Shown here in pieces: positions 22,639-34,995 of a DNA stretch of 35,065 bases. Source of the stretch: Octopus bimaculoides (taxonomy: Eukaryota); contig NC_068983.1 in the NCBI RefSeq assembly GCF_001194135.2, forward strand, positions 9,174,794 to 9,209,858, read 5' to 3'. Made by a program: the position numbers and the translations under genes. The notes under the pieces are model-generated. The model had not been told where the DNA came from, searched no databases, and saw only the letters and a program-made list of their open reading frames with translations. Every line of letters begins with the position of its first letter. The first letter of the stretch is position 1.

Positions 22639-23118
22639 ATATATATAGTCTTTATATGAAGTACTGATGATCCAGCGTAGAAGCAAGAAATAAAGTTATT
22701 TAACGTCACAATCTGATCCAAGCATGCCATTAGTCGAGTTATATCTATTGCATAAATTTCATCTCTAGCTATTCCTTTTTTTGCAAGCCCTTATTAAAGA
22801 TATGATGTTCATTATACGCCTAAAGTACATCGATTTTATTGGCTTTAGAAAATCAACGAAGATTGCAGTAGCTGTCACTCCCCTCCTGTTTAAATTATAA
22901 ACCAGAAAGGAAAAGGAAGTCTTTAATATTTATGATACGAAACGAAACAATGGAGATGCTGTCGATGAAAGCAACAAAGAGGATGAAATAAAACAGAAGG
23001 GAAGTTATAATGTTTATATGTATATCTCATTGTCAGATTATGTAGAATATATATGTTAATTAAAATAGAAATGAATACAAAAGTAGCGTCACAAGTTTTA
23101 GTGAAATTTTTCAATTCT

Positions 23119-23539
23119 TGGTAGTAATAGTAGTAGTAGTGATGGTGGTGGTGATGGTAGTAGTAGTAGTAGTAGTGGTGGTGGTGGTGGTGGTGGTGGT
23201 GGTGGTNNNNNNNNNNNNNNNNNNNNNNNNNNNNNNNNNNNNNNNNNNNNNNNNNNNNNNNNNNNNNNNNNNNNNNNNNNNNNNNNNNNNNNNNNNNNNN
23301 NNNNNNNNNNNNNNNNNNNNNNNNNNNNNNNNNNNNNNNNNNNNNNNNNNNNNNNNNNNNNNNNNNNNNNNNNNNNNNNNNNNNNNNNNNNNNNNNNNNN
23401 NNNNNNNNNNNNNNNNNNNNNNNNNNNNNNNNNNNNNNNNNNNNNNNNNNNNNNNNNNNNNNNNNNNNNNNNNNNNNNNNNNGTGGTGTTGGTGGTAATA
23501 GTAGTAGTATTAGTGGTAGTGGTGGTGGTGGTGGTGGTA

Positions 23540-23587
<48 letters not shown>

Positions 23588-23640
23588 TGGTAGTGGTAGT
23601 AGTAGTAGTAGTAGTAGTTAGTGGAGAAAGGAGGAGGAGG
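23119..23640. repeat. (GTA)n/(GTG)n compound trinucleotide tract spanning a gap
   Basis: Read directly. Confidence 0.95.
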
Positions 23641-24387
23641 TTAATACATTTCTCATATAACGGCTCTCCTTAAGCTCATCAATAGAGCACTTAAATATAT
23701 TAATGACATGAGGCGATTGATAGAAATTAGCTGATTCAGTAAGTGAATCTCATAAAACTCATTATTGCGCTATCCCTCAGAAAGTGACAATAACTTTAAT
23801 GACACGGCTCTTGAAAGTACAGACACAACACATGGATATATGTGACTGGTGAACTAAAAATTATTGAATTATTCATCAGCTTCATTCAAAGTTGATAGAT
23901 AATCTATCGATAAAATATTTATCAAATTCACTGATAAATAAATTGTATTTATTATACTTGTTCATCTAATTAATACGTAATCGATTAAAGCGGAGTATGT
24001 TGCTAAGTTATGCGAGAAAGGAGAAGTGGAAATTGACGTATCATTTGATGAAGTAGGAACTAACGTATTTGATAATAATCTAATTCAAACTGACATAAAC
24101 TGTCTCCAGTTCTCAGGCGGCCATTACCATCCTTAGAGCAAATCAACGAGGGCGTTTATATGTATTCGGTGCTATAACAGAAATAGAACCTTAATCTCCC
24201 TCATATCACATTTGCATATCTTAGAATTAGAAATGATGCATTGAATAATAAAATCCAATATACTCTTTAAAAGATGTGGCAATAATAATTGAAATGCCTC
24301 CATGCAATTGTCGGTTCGACTAGGGTTGATCTGTATTAAACAAAAATGACGGCAACCATGGAGCCTAGGCTGTCTTCATCTTTTAGG

Positions 24388-24548
24388 TTTTAATTGTTTC
24401 AGGCATTGGACTGCAGTTATGATTGAGTACCGCATTGAAGGATTTAGTCGTACAAATTAGTTTGATAATTGTTACATCGGAATCTTTAGCGAACCACCAA
24501 TTGCGGAAACGTCAACAAATTGACACGGATTGTTAAGCGATGTGGGGA
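24388..24548 (-). mobile_element. SINE family A, old 3' module
   Basis: TTGTTTCAGGCATTGGACTGCAG...GCGAACC...GGATTGTTAAGCGATG is a diverged reverse complement of the 3' module. Confidence 0.65.
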
Positions 24549-24619
24549 ATGTATATATGTATGTATAGAAAATTTATTTCAGCGATGTAAGGGTAAATAT
24601 TTCAAGACATGCTGGTTTA

Positions 24620-26014
24620 CGGCTGAGACCCAAATTGCAGGCAACCTATCGACTTTCCCTGAACGAGACGCCAAAATGCAGCTGCGTTGAATAAGATGGG
24701 TGGCAGTCGCAAACAATTGTCATGAAAACCGAAATACACGTGCATCTCGTGGAGGGTATGAGTATAAAATTCAACTTGACTCGCATCCCTGGCATTCGTA
24801 AGATGGATGCCTCATGTATGAGCCTATTGCCAACAGCACATAAAGAACAAGCTATCGCCTGATTGCAAAAAGGGCAGCGTGTCCTGGATTTTGCGACAGC
24901 TTACAATGTTCATGTCAGCACCGTCTATCGCTACAACACCGATACAACAACACCAACAGCGCTGCAGACCGTGCCCGCAGAGGGTGGCCCCATGTGACCA
25001 CGCCCAGGCAAGACTGCTTCATTCATCTGCAAGACTTCCATTATCGTTTCAGACAGGCCAGCTTGACTGCTCGCAACACCATTGGCACTAGACAGCGGCT
25101 CATCATCGACAGCACGGTACGACGTCGACTGGCTGCCAATAACCTCTGTTGACTGTCCTCACCGCCGACCACTGTCAGACACAACTAAAATGTGCTACAC
25201 AGCAACGACATTGGCGGCATCAACAATTGAGGTCGATAGTCTTCTCTGACCAGAGCCGGTACTCCGTTTCCACCTCGGATGGCATAATGAGGGTGAGGTG
25301 TACGCTACAGAGACGCATGTGTCACGGGGAGAGACGTGTGGGGTGGAAAAGCCTTATGGTTTGGTATGCTATAGGCCTGAATCAGAGAATTGGGCCGCAC
25401 GTGTTTCAAAATATTGGTGCAGGCAGAGGAAATGACATCACAGCGCAGCGCTACCTTGAACAGATCCTAAGACTTCACAGCGTGCCTGTCTTTGCATGTC
25501 ACCATGGCCACATGTTCCAGCAGAACAATGCTCCCTCCTACACAGCCAGGGTCGCCTTGGACTTCCTGCATCAGTACAACATTAGCACCATGCGGTTGCC
25601 GGGTCTCGGCCCGGATTTGACCTCAATTGAACATCTGTGGGATGAAATCCAGAGACGGCTGAACCAGATGGTCCCATGGCCGACAATTCATGTGGAACTG
25701 GAGGCAGCTTTCCCCAGGGTGTGGGCATAGGGGCCAATGGGCTTTGTGAACCGCCTCATGCACTCCATGTACGGACGGTGTATAGTTGTTCTGAACACCA
25801 AGGGAGGCCATGCACGGTATGCAACATGTCACGCCCTACAATCTCGATGTGCCGGATCCGCCCACTACCAGAACACACGTCAACGATCCATAGACTGTGG
25901 TCAAAGTGCAACCAAGCAATTGTCTCAATTAGATTTATCAAAATGTATTTGTGACATAATGAAATTCAAATATATTTCACAGCTGCACATGCCTCACCTT
26001 TCTTTTGCGTCTCA

Positions 26015-26017
<3 letters not shown>
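24620..26017 (+). mobile_element. Tc1/mariner DNA transposon, DD34E spacing, decayed
   Basis: Right end ...TTTTGCGTCTCAGTG-TA. The left boundary is tentative: TA-CGGCTGAGACCCAAA versus right-end reverse complement CACTGAGACGCAAAA (11/12 over CTGAGACxCAAA). Transposase pseudogene inside. Confidence 0.8.
24818..25820 (+). pseudogene. Tc1-family transposase pseudogene
   Basis: HTH (AYNVHVSTVYR), DRARRGWPHVTTPRQD, STVRRRL, IVFSDQSR, SLMVWYAI, FQQNNAPSYTAR...GPDLTSIEHLWDEI, and C-terminal SMYGRCIVVLNTKGGHARY. Several stops and frameshifts; second D codon is now N; 34 residues to E. Confidence 0.92.

Positions 26018-26062
<45 letters not shown>
26018..26062. repeat. (TA)n at Tc1 right end
   Basis: Read directly. 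Confidence 0.96.
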
Positions 26063-26629
26063 NNNNNNNNNNNNNNNNNNNNNNNNNNNNNNNNNNNNNN
26101 NNNNNNNNNNNNNNNNNNNNNNNNNNNNNNNNNNNNNNNNNNNNNNNNNNNNNNNNNNNNNNNNNNNNNNNNNNNNNNNNNNNNNNNNNNNNNNNNNNNN
26201 NNNNNNNNNNNNNNNNNNNNNNNNNNNNNNNNNNNNNNNNNNNNNNNNNNNNNNNNNNNNNNNNNNNNNNNNNNNNNNNNNNNNNNNNNNNNNNNNNNNN
26301 NNNNNNNNNNNNNNNNNNNNNNNNNNNNNNNNNNNNNNNNNNNNNNNNNNNNNNNNNNNNNNNNNNNNNNNNNNNNNNNNNNNNNNNNNNNNNNNNNNNN
26401 NNNNNNNNNNNNNNNNNNNNNNNNNNNNNNNNNNNNNNNNNNNNNNNNNNNNNNNNNNNNNNNNNNNNNNNNNNNNNNATATATATAGGACATCAAAGTG
26501 TACGTACGCCGCTATATTTTTTTATATATAAAAAATACAAAAATGGGACAAGAACGCAAAACATCCACACAGACGATACAAAGAAAAACAAGGACGGGTT
26601 ATTCGGAGTTTTCTATCCTCAGTTGAGTT

Positions 26630-26793
26630 CCACAACGGGCTCCCACATACATTCTGCCAATCAATTTCACTCAGAAAGCGTTGCATGCTAACTGCCTATA
26701 TGAAATGTCACTTGCCGAAGATTCAGCGCAGTAGAACTGAATCCAAAAGCAAGTTGGTTGAAAAGCCAGCTTCTTAATCAGATAGCCATGTCG
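26630..26793 (-). mobile_element. SINE family A, old 5' module
   Basis: Reverse complement CATGGCTATCTGATTAAGAAGCTGGC...GGATTCAGTTCTACTGCG...CTTCGGCAAGTG. Confidence 0.6.
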
Positions 26794-27374
26794 GCAGTTA
26801 TCAATTAATATTTTTGAGAACACACAAATAAACGAAGGAAGCTAGAATAAAAGAAAGGCAGGATTTACTAAAATGAGATAGATATAAACTGCTGATTATA
26901 TTTATTTCAGCACTTGACGAATCATAAAATATGATTTATCTAATGATAGTTGAATGGAGCTATAAGAATTTAATATTTGAAAACAGCTGCATCAATTCCA
27001 TTTCAGTTAATTATTAATATTTATTGTCGTGCATACTGGAATAAAACAGCCTTTTATATTAAACGTTATTACATATTTGTCGTGAAAAAAATATATATTT
27101 AAAAGTTAGCTAAAACATTACATTGATTGTATAAGAAATATATAATTTAAAAGCGATATCATAGCTGCAGTAGAAGGGAATTCAACGATATTTCTCACAA
27201 TGTATATCCTACCATATCGAGAGGTGCCAAGATAGGGAAGATGAAAGCTTAACGTAATTAGCAGATTAATGTGTCAAGCTAAAGGTTAATAGGAATGCAT
27301 TCTAATTAACGATTCCCGTGCCAAGGCAGCAGATTGCTCCTCTCTTTATTTAGATTCTGTTAATGTTTCAAAAA

Positions 27375-27505
27375 GGCGGTGAATTGGCGGATATAATCCT
27401 TGAGGTATTTGTTCCCGCTCTCTGCGCACAGATTTAAATCCTGCCAAGATCAACTTTGCTTTTAATTATTTCATCGTCGATATAGTGTTAGTCAATTACA
27501 CTTAC
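27375..27505 (+). mobile_element. SINE family B, old copy
   Basis: GGCGGTGAATTGGCGG head, AGATTTAAATCCTGCCAAGATCAACTTTGC...GTCGATA. Confidence 0.55.
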
Positions 27506-27731
27506 GCTGTTATATTCTTCTCTTCCAATCACTTAGAGTTTGGCTAAATCATTAAAGATGGTGTTTTGTAAAAATCATATAAACTGTAGGGGTACTCAAC
27601 CATGTCTTATGTGTGGACCCCTTTGATTACCTTTTTCATTCTGGTGTAGCCTCGTAATCAGACAATGTTTAAAAAATAGTTTTATAGAAAGTTCTTTCGA
27701 AATTCCTATTCTGTTTTCCACGTATGTAAAA

Positions 27732-28165
27732 CGGGGACCACCTCCCCCTGTGCGATGAAGTTAATATAATAGACAGAGAACACCACAGAAAAATACGAAG
27801 ACTAAAGAAGCAGCACATATGCTAGGACACAACAACCTCCTAACCAGACCGAGTGCAGATATGAGCAGCATATGGGAACCGGTATTAAGGAAGGATAGGA
27901 AAATATTAGATTTATAAGCACTAAAATTCACTCCATAATTGACCACGGGCATATGGCGTAGTAGTAACCCCAAGATTCCGAGTTCGATTCCAGGCAGTGA
28001 CCTGAATAATAATAGTAATAATAATATCGAAAATACCTTAGAAATGAGAACCCAGGTTCGAAATTTTCCCAAGACACCTGATGAGGGCTGGAGGGTATAT
28101 CAACCAAAGCGTTGTGTTAACAACAAACAAGATGAGCACAAAATATCCGTCAAAATGTAATTAAT
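27732..28165 (+). mobile_element. Penelope-like element 3' fragment (end of GIY-YIG-type endonuclease region plus 3' non-coding region)
   Basis: HLPLCDEVNIIDREHHRKIRRL/EAAHMLGHNNLLTRPSADMSSIWEPVL with one frameshift. Hammerhead-like motif near the 3' end. Flanking 10-bp direct repeat GTATGTAAAA at 27722-27731 and 28166-28175. Confidence 0.78.
28073..28118 (+). ncRNA. Degenerate type I hammerhead motif in Penelope-like end
   Basis: GACAC-CTGATGA-G-GGCTG...CAACC-AAAG-CG-TT/GTGTT. Stem I GACAC/GTGTT pairs and stem II has one mismatch; the GAAA box reads AAAG. Confidence 0.55.
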
Positions 28166-28463
28166 GTATGTAAAAGGTTGCTGAAAGAAACCCAACCGTT
28201 CCTTGCCATAAATATATCTGGAGCTTAATTTTTTCCGGGGGCACTTAAAATACTATTGTGGATACCCAATTTAATATTTTGTTGTGCGAACCTCAGTAAA
28301 TCTTATATGGATCCTCTAAAGGAAGGTAACAGAAAACCTCTATAGTATTACTCCACGGAAATCCATGACCCGTATTATGTACACGGCAAGGAATTCACAA
28401 GTGGTTGCTCGTTGAGCTTTGAGAACAAGGAAGAAAGTATTTCAAGTTATATATGTATATATG

Positions 28464-28589
<126 letters not shown>

Positions 28590-28774
28590 AAGATATATAA
28601 GCAAACAGCGTAATCACCATACAATAACGACCGATTTTCAACGTACAAATTCAGCAAATTAGTTTCTTAGAAGAAAATTACTTGTGACCGGATACGAAAA
28701 CAGCTTTCAATTGAGAAGACGTTGTTTCACACAAATTCTACAAGATTACAATTGTTGCTGATGATTTACTTAAC

Positions 28775-28860
28775 GATTGATGCGTGGTTGAGTTACATTT
28801 CTGCTTTACAAAGACCTTTAATACAGTCGATCATTGAGTATGTGACAAATTGCACCAAGA
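28775..28860 (+). mobile_element. Possible old CR1/L2-like RT relic
   Basis: CVVELHFCFTKTFNTVDH*VCDKLH resembles the DFSKAFDTVDH motif. Confidence 0.3.
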
Positions 28861-29527
28861 TTCCTCTTTACTCAGCATTACTGTTCATTAAAACTACATG
28901 AATTTCGCTATTTTTATGTCTCTTATTCTATAAAATACCTAATATTTTCGGATACGATACTTACATAGAGTGGGCAATATTGAGCAATTTAATTAAAACT
29001 CCTATGAATCGTATATATTAGGCAAATGAAGCTATCTGCTAGAATAAACTTGTACATTGTAAAGTTATAAATACATCTAAAACGTAATAAGATTATCTAT
29101 ATTGTGCTTGTTGCAATATATAAGGTTTCTATTTGCATAACTGTAAGTGAAATATGGTAATATTAAACACTTTAAAATGCTTTTAGAAATAAAAATAACT
29201 GAACAGACATATATTTGTTATGCTGATTCTGAAATGGAAGAATGCCTGATATTTTTCTCTTGGTTTTCATAATTGAAATATAATATTCAAATGTCTCAGA
29301 TATTAGCGAGTAGAAACAAACTGTCAACTATTAAAATGGAAATAGCATTTCATTCGTTAAAACATTCCCGTTGAAGTTTCATTTCTATATTAATAAATTC
29401 ACTCTGAGATATCAATATAGCCTAATTATGAAATATATCCCTTTTAAACACGAGAATTTTATCTAAACGTCATTACGCGATGCACCGTCGTTACACATAC
29501 ACCCTCAAACCTATAACTTTATGTGTG

Positions 29528-29713
29528 AGCGTGGAGTGGCGGTGTCGTAAGTAGCTTGCTTACTAACCACATGGTTCTGGGTTCAGTCCCACTGCGTGGC
29601 ACGTTGGACAAGTGTCTTCTACTATAGCCTTGGGCCGACCAAAATTTTGTGAGTGGATATGGTAGACAGAAACTGAAAGAAGCCTGTCGTATATATATAT
29701 ATATATATATATC

Positions 29714-29744
<31 letters not shown>

Positions 29745-29771
29745 TTGTGTGTCTGTATTTGTTCCCCCAAC
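29528..29771 (+). mobile_element. SINE family A, 5' module plus linker; 3' module absent
   Basis: Close match to 9956-10190; similarity stops just after TGTTCCCCC. Confidence 0.9.
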
Positions 29772-31027
29772 TAAACTGCATCAATGGGCAATGGCACCAC
29801 TGTTATAGATTGGTTTATGAATTTAAAGGAAAAGCCCTAAGAACAAGATTTACGCTGTTGATATCGTAGACATTTATCCCCCGATATCTAGATTATTGCT
29901 GGATAAGGCGATTGAGATTACAGAAAGATATGTCAATTTTGATCTTATAGAATTTTGTGTCCATTGGCTTTCTTTGACAAACTAGTTCATGCACAGGATT
30001 TTAATAATTATGTTAGCACCCACTTCTCTCTTTAGAATTGATGGAGATGAAGCGAGTACTGATCATCTCGCGATTCCGTCGATAGACGTGTGTTGGAAAT
30101 ACGTAGGTAAGAAATGAGTTGCTGACGGTACTGGATAGGAAAAAGTGAAATATTTAGGAGAGGATTTTGATATCGAAATATATCAAAGAGAAGAATAGGA
30201 AAGGAAATAAACGTACCTACAATCTCAGTTTTCGGATATTATAGAGCTAGTAAAATCAGTCGAAAGAATACAGTGAACATGTGGCGAGTGGAAACATTTT
30301 CTTGCAGACGACTTCAGGAAAATGTTAACAGGAGAGAAATTAATGAGAGACAGCAACGTTTCACATCCTCTACATAAACCAAAATTATCTTGTCAGTTCT
30401 TTCATGTCGACTCTGAAGAAGAACTGTGACCGAAACATGGGATTTTCTACACCACAAGTCAATTTCACTACACACTTTTTATCGATTTCACTAAATAAAA
30501 ACAAATCTTGCCAACGACGACCAATACCAATCACTTTGGAGTTTGTTTGATCATATTATATATCTATTATATATCTACCTGTTCAAAGAAAGTCTGATCT
30601 TTGTAGCCACTGTAAAACAGAGTGTAGAGATACAGAACTGAGATGATGGCGGTGTTAATATGCTTCTAAATTAATTGTTTATTTTCAGTCTACGACACGT
30701 CTCATTACAGTGAAATATTAGACACTTTGAAATTGTCTATAATGTTGGGAGATATAAATGATATTTTGAGATGAAAATGCCATTCGCGAGTACATTAGTG
30801 ACCGAAGATTCAATCGGAAACCAAAAATTGCTCGAGGTACAGACTTACTAAATGATTATCTGTTACCACATCGATCGCTTCTATGAAATACCGTAGTCAA
30901 TCGCTATATGAGGCCGGTTGTTAATGTTTTAATCTCTTTCTTTTTCTTGCATGTGTTTGTGTGCTTTTTTAGAAATAAAACAAATTAATTATTTCTTTTT
31001 TTTTTGTGCATGTGTTTATGTATGTGC

Positions 31028-31064
31028 ATACATACATACATACATACATACATACATACATACA
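31028..31064. repeat. (TACA)n microsatellite
   Basis: Read directly. Confidence 0.95.
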
Positions 31065-31579
31065 GATATAGCTATAGAACTATACAAATATACATATTTT
31101 TTTATTTTCATATTAAATATATAATCATATACGATCAAAAAGTCTTCGAAAATAAGCAGCCGATGGCATTCTGCTGTCTTTGAAAAATAATTAAATTTCA
31201 CAAAATGTACGGAATCATAAAATATATAGATAATATAGATAACTTACAATTATCACAAGCTGCTTATGTTTCTCTATATAAATGATTATAAAATTTCGAC
31301 TGATTTATATAATTTCTTTCAGTGTATAGGTTTTATTTCTATATTGGTGGTTACTGATTCACTTCCACAACAATCATGAAGATATGACCAAATTTTAAAT
31401 GAAATATTGTGCAGTCAAAATCAACTGATATCGTTTTATTGCTACTATCTTTTACTATTCACAGATTATGAAATGACAAAATGTGTGATCGAACCGAGGA
31501 TGGTCTGAAAATAGAATATGAAATATATTATGTATTTAGTGAATTTATTTAATGAATTGTGTTGGCTAGAGGGAGATAA

Positions 31580-32083
31580 GATGTGGAATGAGCACAACCC
31601 GCAGAGTGACGGAGTCGGACACTTGCAAAATCATGAAAGACTTCCCAATTCAGACAGATCAGATGCTAGATTATAACAGACCGGACCTAGTGGTGGTCGG
31701 CAAGATGCAGCACATGTGCTATATAGTTGATGCTGCGTGCCCCTTTGATCCACGAGTAGTCAAGAAAGAACGCGAAAACATAGATAAATACAACTCTCTT
31801 AAGTGCGAAATTGCTCGGCTATAGAAAATGAAGGTGAAGTTAGTGCCAATTATTTTGGGGTCCTTGGGGACAATATTAGAAAGCATCAAGAGGAATATAA
31901 AGGCAATCGGAATTAAGTGTCCAGGATAACTGTCAGTAAAAGTTTGCCCCGTTGTACGGGAGAATAATCGGGAAAGTATCAAATACTTGAAAAGAACAGA
32001 TAGCATGGTACCGAAGGATGCAGGCCGCAAGTCCGCTACGCATGCAAGACTCTAGGAATTCCAACGAAACGTGAGATTAAAAG
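31580..32083 (+). mobile_element. R4/Dong-like LINE 3' end with restriction-like endonuclease
   Basis: KDFPIQTDQMLDYNRPDLVVV...CYIVDAACPFD...KKERENIDKYNSLKCEIARL*KMKVKLVPIILGSLG: PD-(D/E)xK-type RLE motif, followed by a putative 3' UTR and a degenerate AAT tail. Confidence 0.88.
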
Positions 32084-32294
32084 AAATAATAGTAATACTA
32101 ATCCTTTCTGCAAAAGACACGAGGCCTAAAATTTTGAGGAAGTGGACTAGTCGATGAGATCGATCCCAGTATTTCAATGGTACTTTATTTATCGACCCCG
32201 TGAGGATGAAGGGCAAAGTCGACCTCGGCGGGATTTGAACTCACAACGTAGTGACGGGCGAAATACAGCTAATCATTTCGTCCAGCTCACTGCC
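32084..32294 (-). mobile_element. SINE family B
   Basis: Reverse complement GGCAGTGAGCTGG head, GAGTTCAAATCC B-box (32231-32242), central block and ATT-like tail. Confidence 0.88.
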
Positions 32295-32306
32295 TTCATG
32301 ATGATG

Positions 32307-32386
<80 letters not shown>
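32307..32386. repeat. (AAT)n, about 27 units
   Basis: Read directly. Confidence 0.97.
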
Positions 32387-32915
<529 letters not shown>

Positions 32916-33178
32916 AACAGAACATACTATGTGACCATGATATTTCGGCAAAAGAATTTGATAAGCTCAGAAAATATAAAGATCTACTAATCGAAATCGA
33001 AAAGATGTGACATCTCAAAACCGTTAAAATACCAGTGATTGTAGGAGCAGTTAGAATGATCAAAAAGTGAACTCAAAATTATTTGAGGATGATCTCTGGC
33101 TTGCTACCCATGCAGGAAGTACCAAAAACTCTCTCAACTGCCACGTCACATGTATTGAAGAGAGCATCGTCGTTGTAA
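32916..33178 (+). mobile_element. R4/Dong-like LINE 3' end, third subfamily
   Basis: ISAKEFDKLRKYKDLLIEIEKM*HLKTVKIPVIVGAVRMIKK*TQNYLRMISGL...TATSHVLKRASSL*. Confidence 0.88.
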
Positions 33179-33685
33179 ATGTTCTTTCCTTTTACCTCTT
33201 ATTTTCTTTGCTTTATTTTTTCTTAAATTTGTTTTCTTTTCCTTCTTTCCTCAGCCTCTCTTCCACTTTTTCTATCACATAACATTGTAAACGAACAATT
33301 TGGTGTGTTTATTGTAATGACTTACGTACCTAATTAGCACTATATGTTATCGATCTGTAAACGATGATAAGTAAAGATGATTCGGATCGGATTTGAACAT
33401 AGAATGTCGAAAAAAGTAATAATAGAATCCATTCTGTTCGATACTCTAACGGGTTTGCCAAACAATGAACACCGTACCGACTCTGATTGTTTGCAATATT
33501 AATAATGAAATAAAGCACTGCAAATTATTCCTTCATGGAAATATTTTCGATTCGTTAGTGTATTTTTCATCATTTTTCATGGCAGTCACTGATATTTTGA
33601 TATTTTTATTCTCAAATGTAAACGATACCTTACCACATGTACGTTCTCTCTCACATTACATTCTCTCTCTTTCTTTCTCTTTCAC

Positions 33686-33735
33686 AACGCACACTTACAC
33701 ACACACACACACATGTACGTGGGCACACACACACG

Positions 33736-33795
<60 letters not shown>
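33686..33795. repeat. (CA)n/(TA)n compound microsatellite
   Basis: Read directly. Confidence 0.95.
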
Positions 33796-33797
<2 letters not shown>

Positions 33798-34411
33798 GAA
33801 ATGTACAAAACAGAGATGTAGGCGTGCGCGCAGTGAACATTGATTGAACTATAAAGCGTTCCTTTGTGTTTTTCAGTGTGACATTTTTATTTTTTATCAA
33901 TCATATTTNNNNNNNNNNNNNNNNNNNNNNNNNNNNNNNNNNNNNNNNNNNNNNNNNNNNNNNNNNNNNNNNNNNNNNNNNNNNNNNNNNNNNNNNNNNN
34001 NNNNNNNNNNNNNNNNNNNNNNNNNNNNNNNNNNNNNNNNNNNNNNNNNNNNNNNNNNNNNNNNNNNNNNNNNNNNNNNNNNNNNNNNNNNNNNNNNNNN
34101 NNNNNNNNNNNNNNNNNNNNNNNNNNNNNNNNNNNNNNNNNNNNNNNNNNNNNNNNNNNNNNNNNNNNNNNNNNNNNNNNNNNNNNNNNNNNNNNNNNNN
34201 NNNNNNNNNNNNNNNNNNNNNNNNNNNNNNNNNNNNNNNNNNNNNNNNNNNNNNNNNNNNNNNNNNNNNNNNNNNNNNNNNNNNNNNNNNNNNNNNNNNN
34301 NNNNNNNNNNNNNNNNNNNNNNNNNNNNNNNNNNNNNNNNNNNNNNNNNNNNNNNNNNNNNNNNNNNNNNNNNNNNNNNNNNNNNNNNNNNNNNNNNNNN
34401 NNNNNNNNNNN

Positions 34412-34462
34412 NTATATACATATATGCATACATATAGATAGATAGATAGATAGATAGATAAG
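34412..34462. repeat. (TA)/(GATA)n at gap edge
   Basis: Read directly. Confidence 0.9.
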
Positions 34463-34817
34463 TAGATTGTTACATAGATACGTATAGATATATTCACATG
34501 AATGCGTGCGTGCGTGTTTTTTTGTGTGTACGTATGTATGTTCCTGTGTAGGTCTGTGTGACAGAGAGAGAAAGTGCGTATGCGTGAAGGATTATGAGTT
34601 GGCATATTTGTCCGTATACATATGTACGTACTAGAGAATTCGTTTTACCGTAACATATTTAAATTCTAGCAAGGTGGATAGGTCGGTGCGGATATACAAG
34701 CACAAACTCTACGTTAAACGTCATAGACACTTATGCTACGTATTTATGTGTATACAATACGTAAGCTTATACACGCTTGCGTTTGTGTGTTTGTGTATGG
34801 AGAGATATATGCACATA

Positions 34818-34995
34818 GGTGCAGGAGAGTCTGTGTAGTAAGAAGCTTGCTTCCCGACCACATACTTCCGGGTTCAATTCAAATGTGTAGCACCTTGGGC
34901 AAATGTCTTATACTACAGCCTCGGGCTGACCAAAGCCTTATGAGTGGATTTGGTAGACTAAAACTGACAGAAGCCTGTCGTATATATATGTGTGC

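Larger units (their letters stand above)
27587..28342. mobile_element. Possible old hAT-like MITE interrupted by the Penelope-like fragment
   Basis: Left end TAGGGGTACTCAACC...GGACCCC; right end reverse complement TAGAGGTTTTC (8/11 match). No 8-bp TSD seen. Confidence 0.3.

Noticed and set aside
30345-30445. Hammerhead-like fragments (CTGAAGA...GAAACATG at 30413-30439; minus-strand GAAACGTTGC at about 30352-30361)
   Set aside because: Stems I and II do not pair and the cleavage triplet or core is missing; possible old Penelope debris, but too decayed to call.
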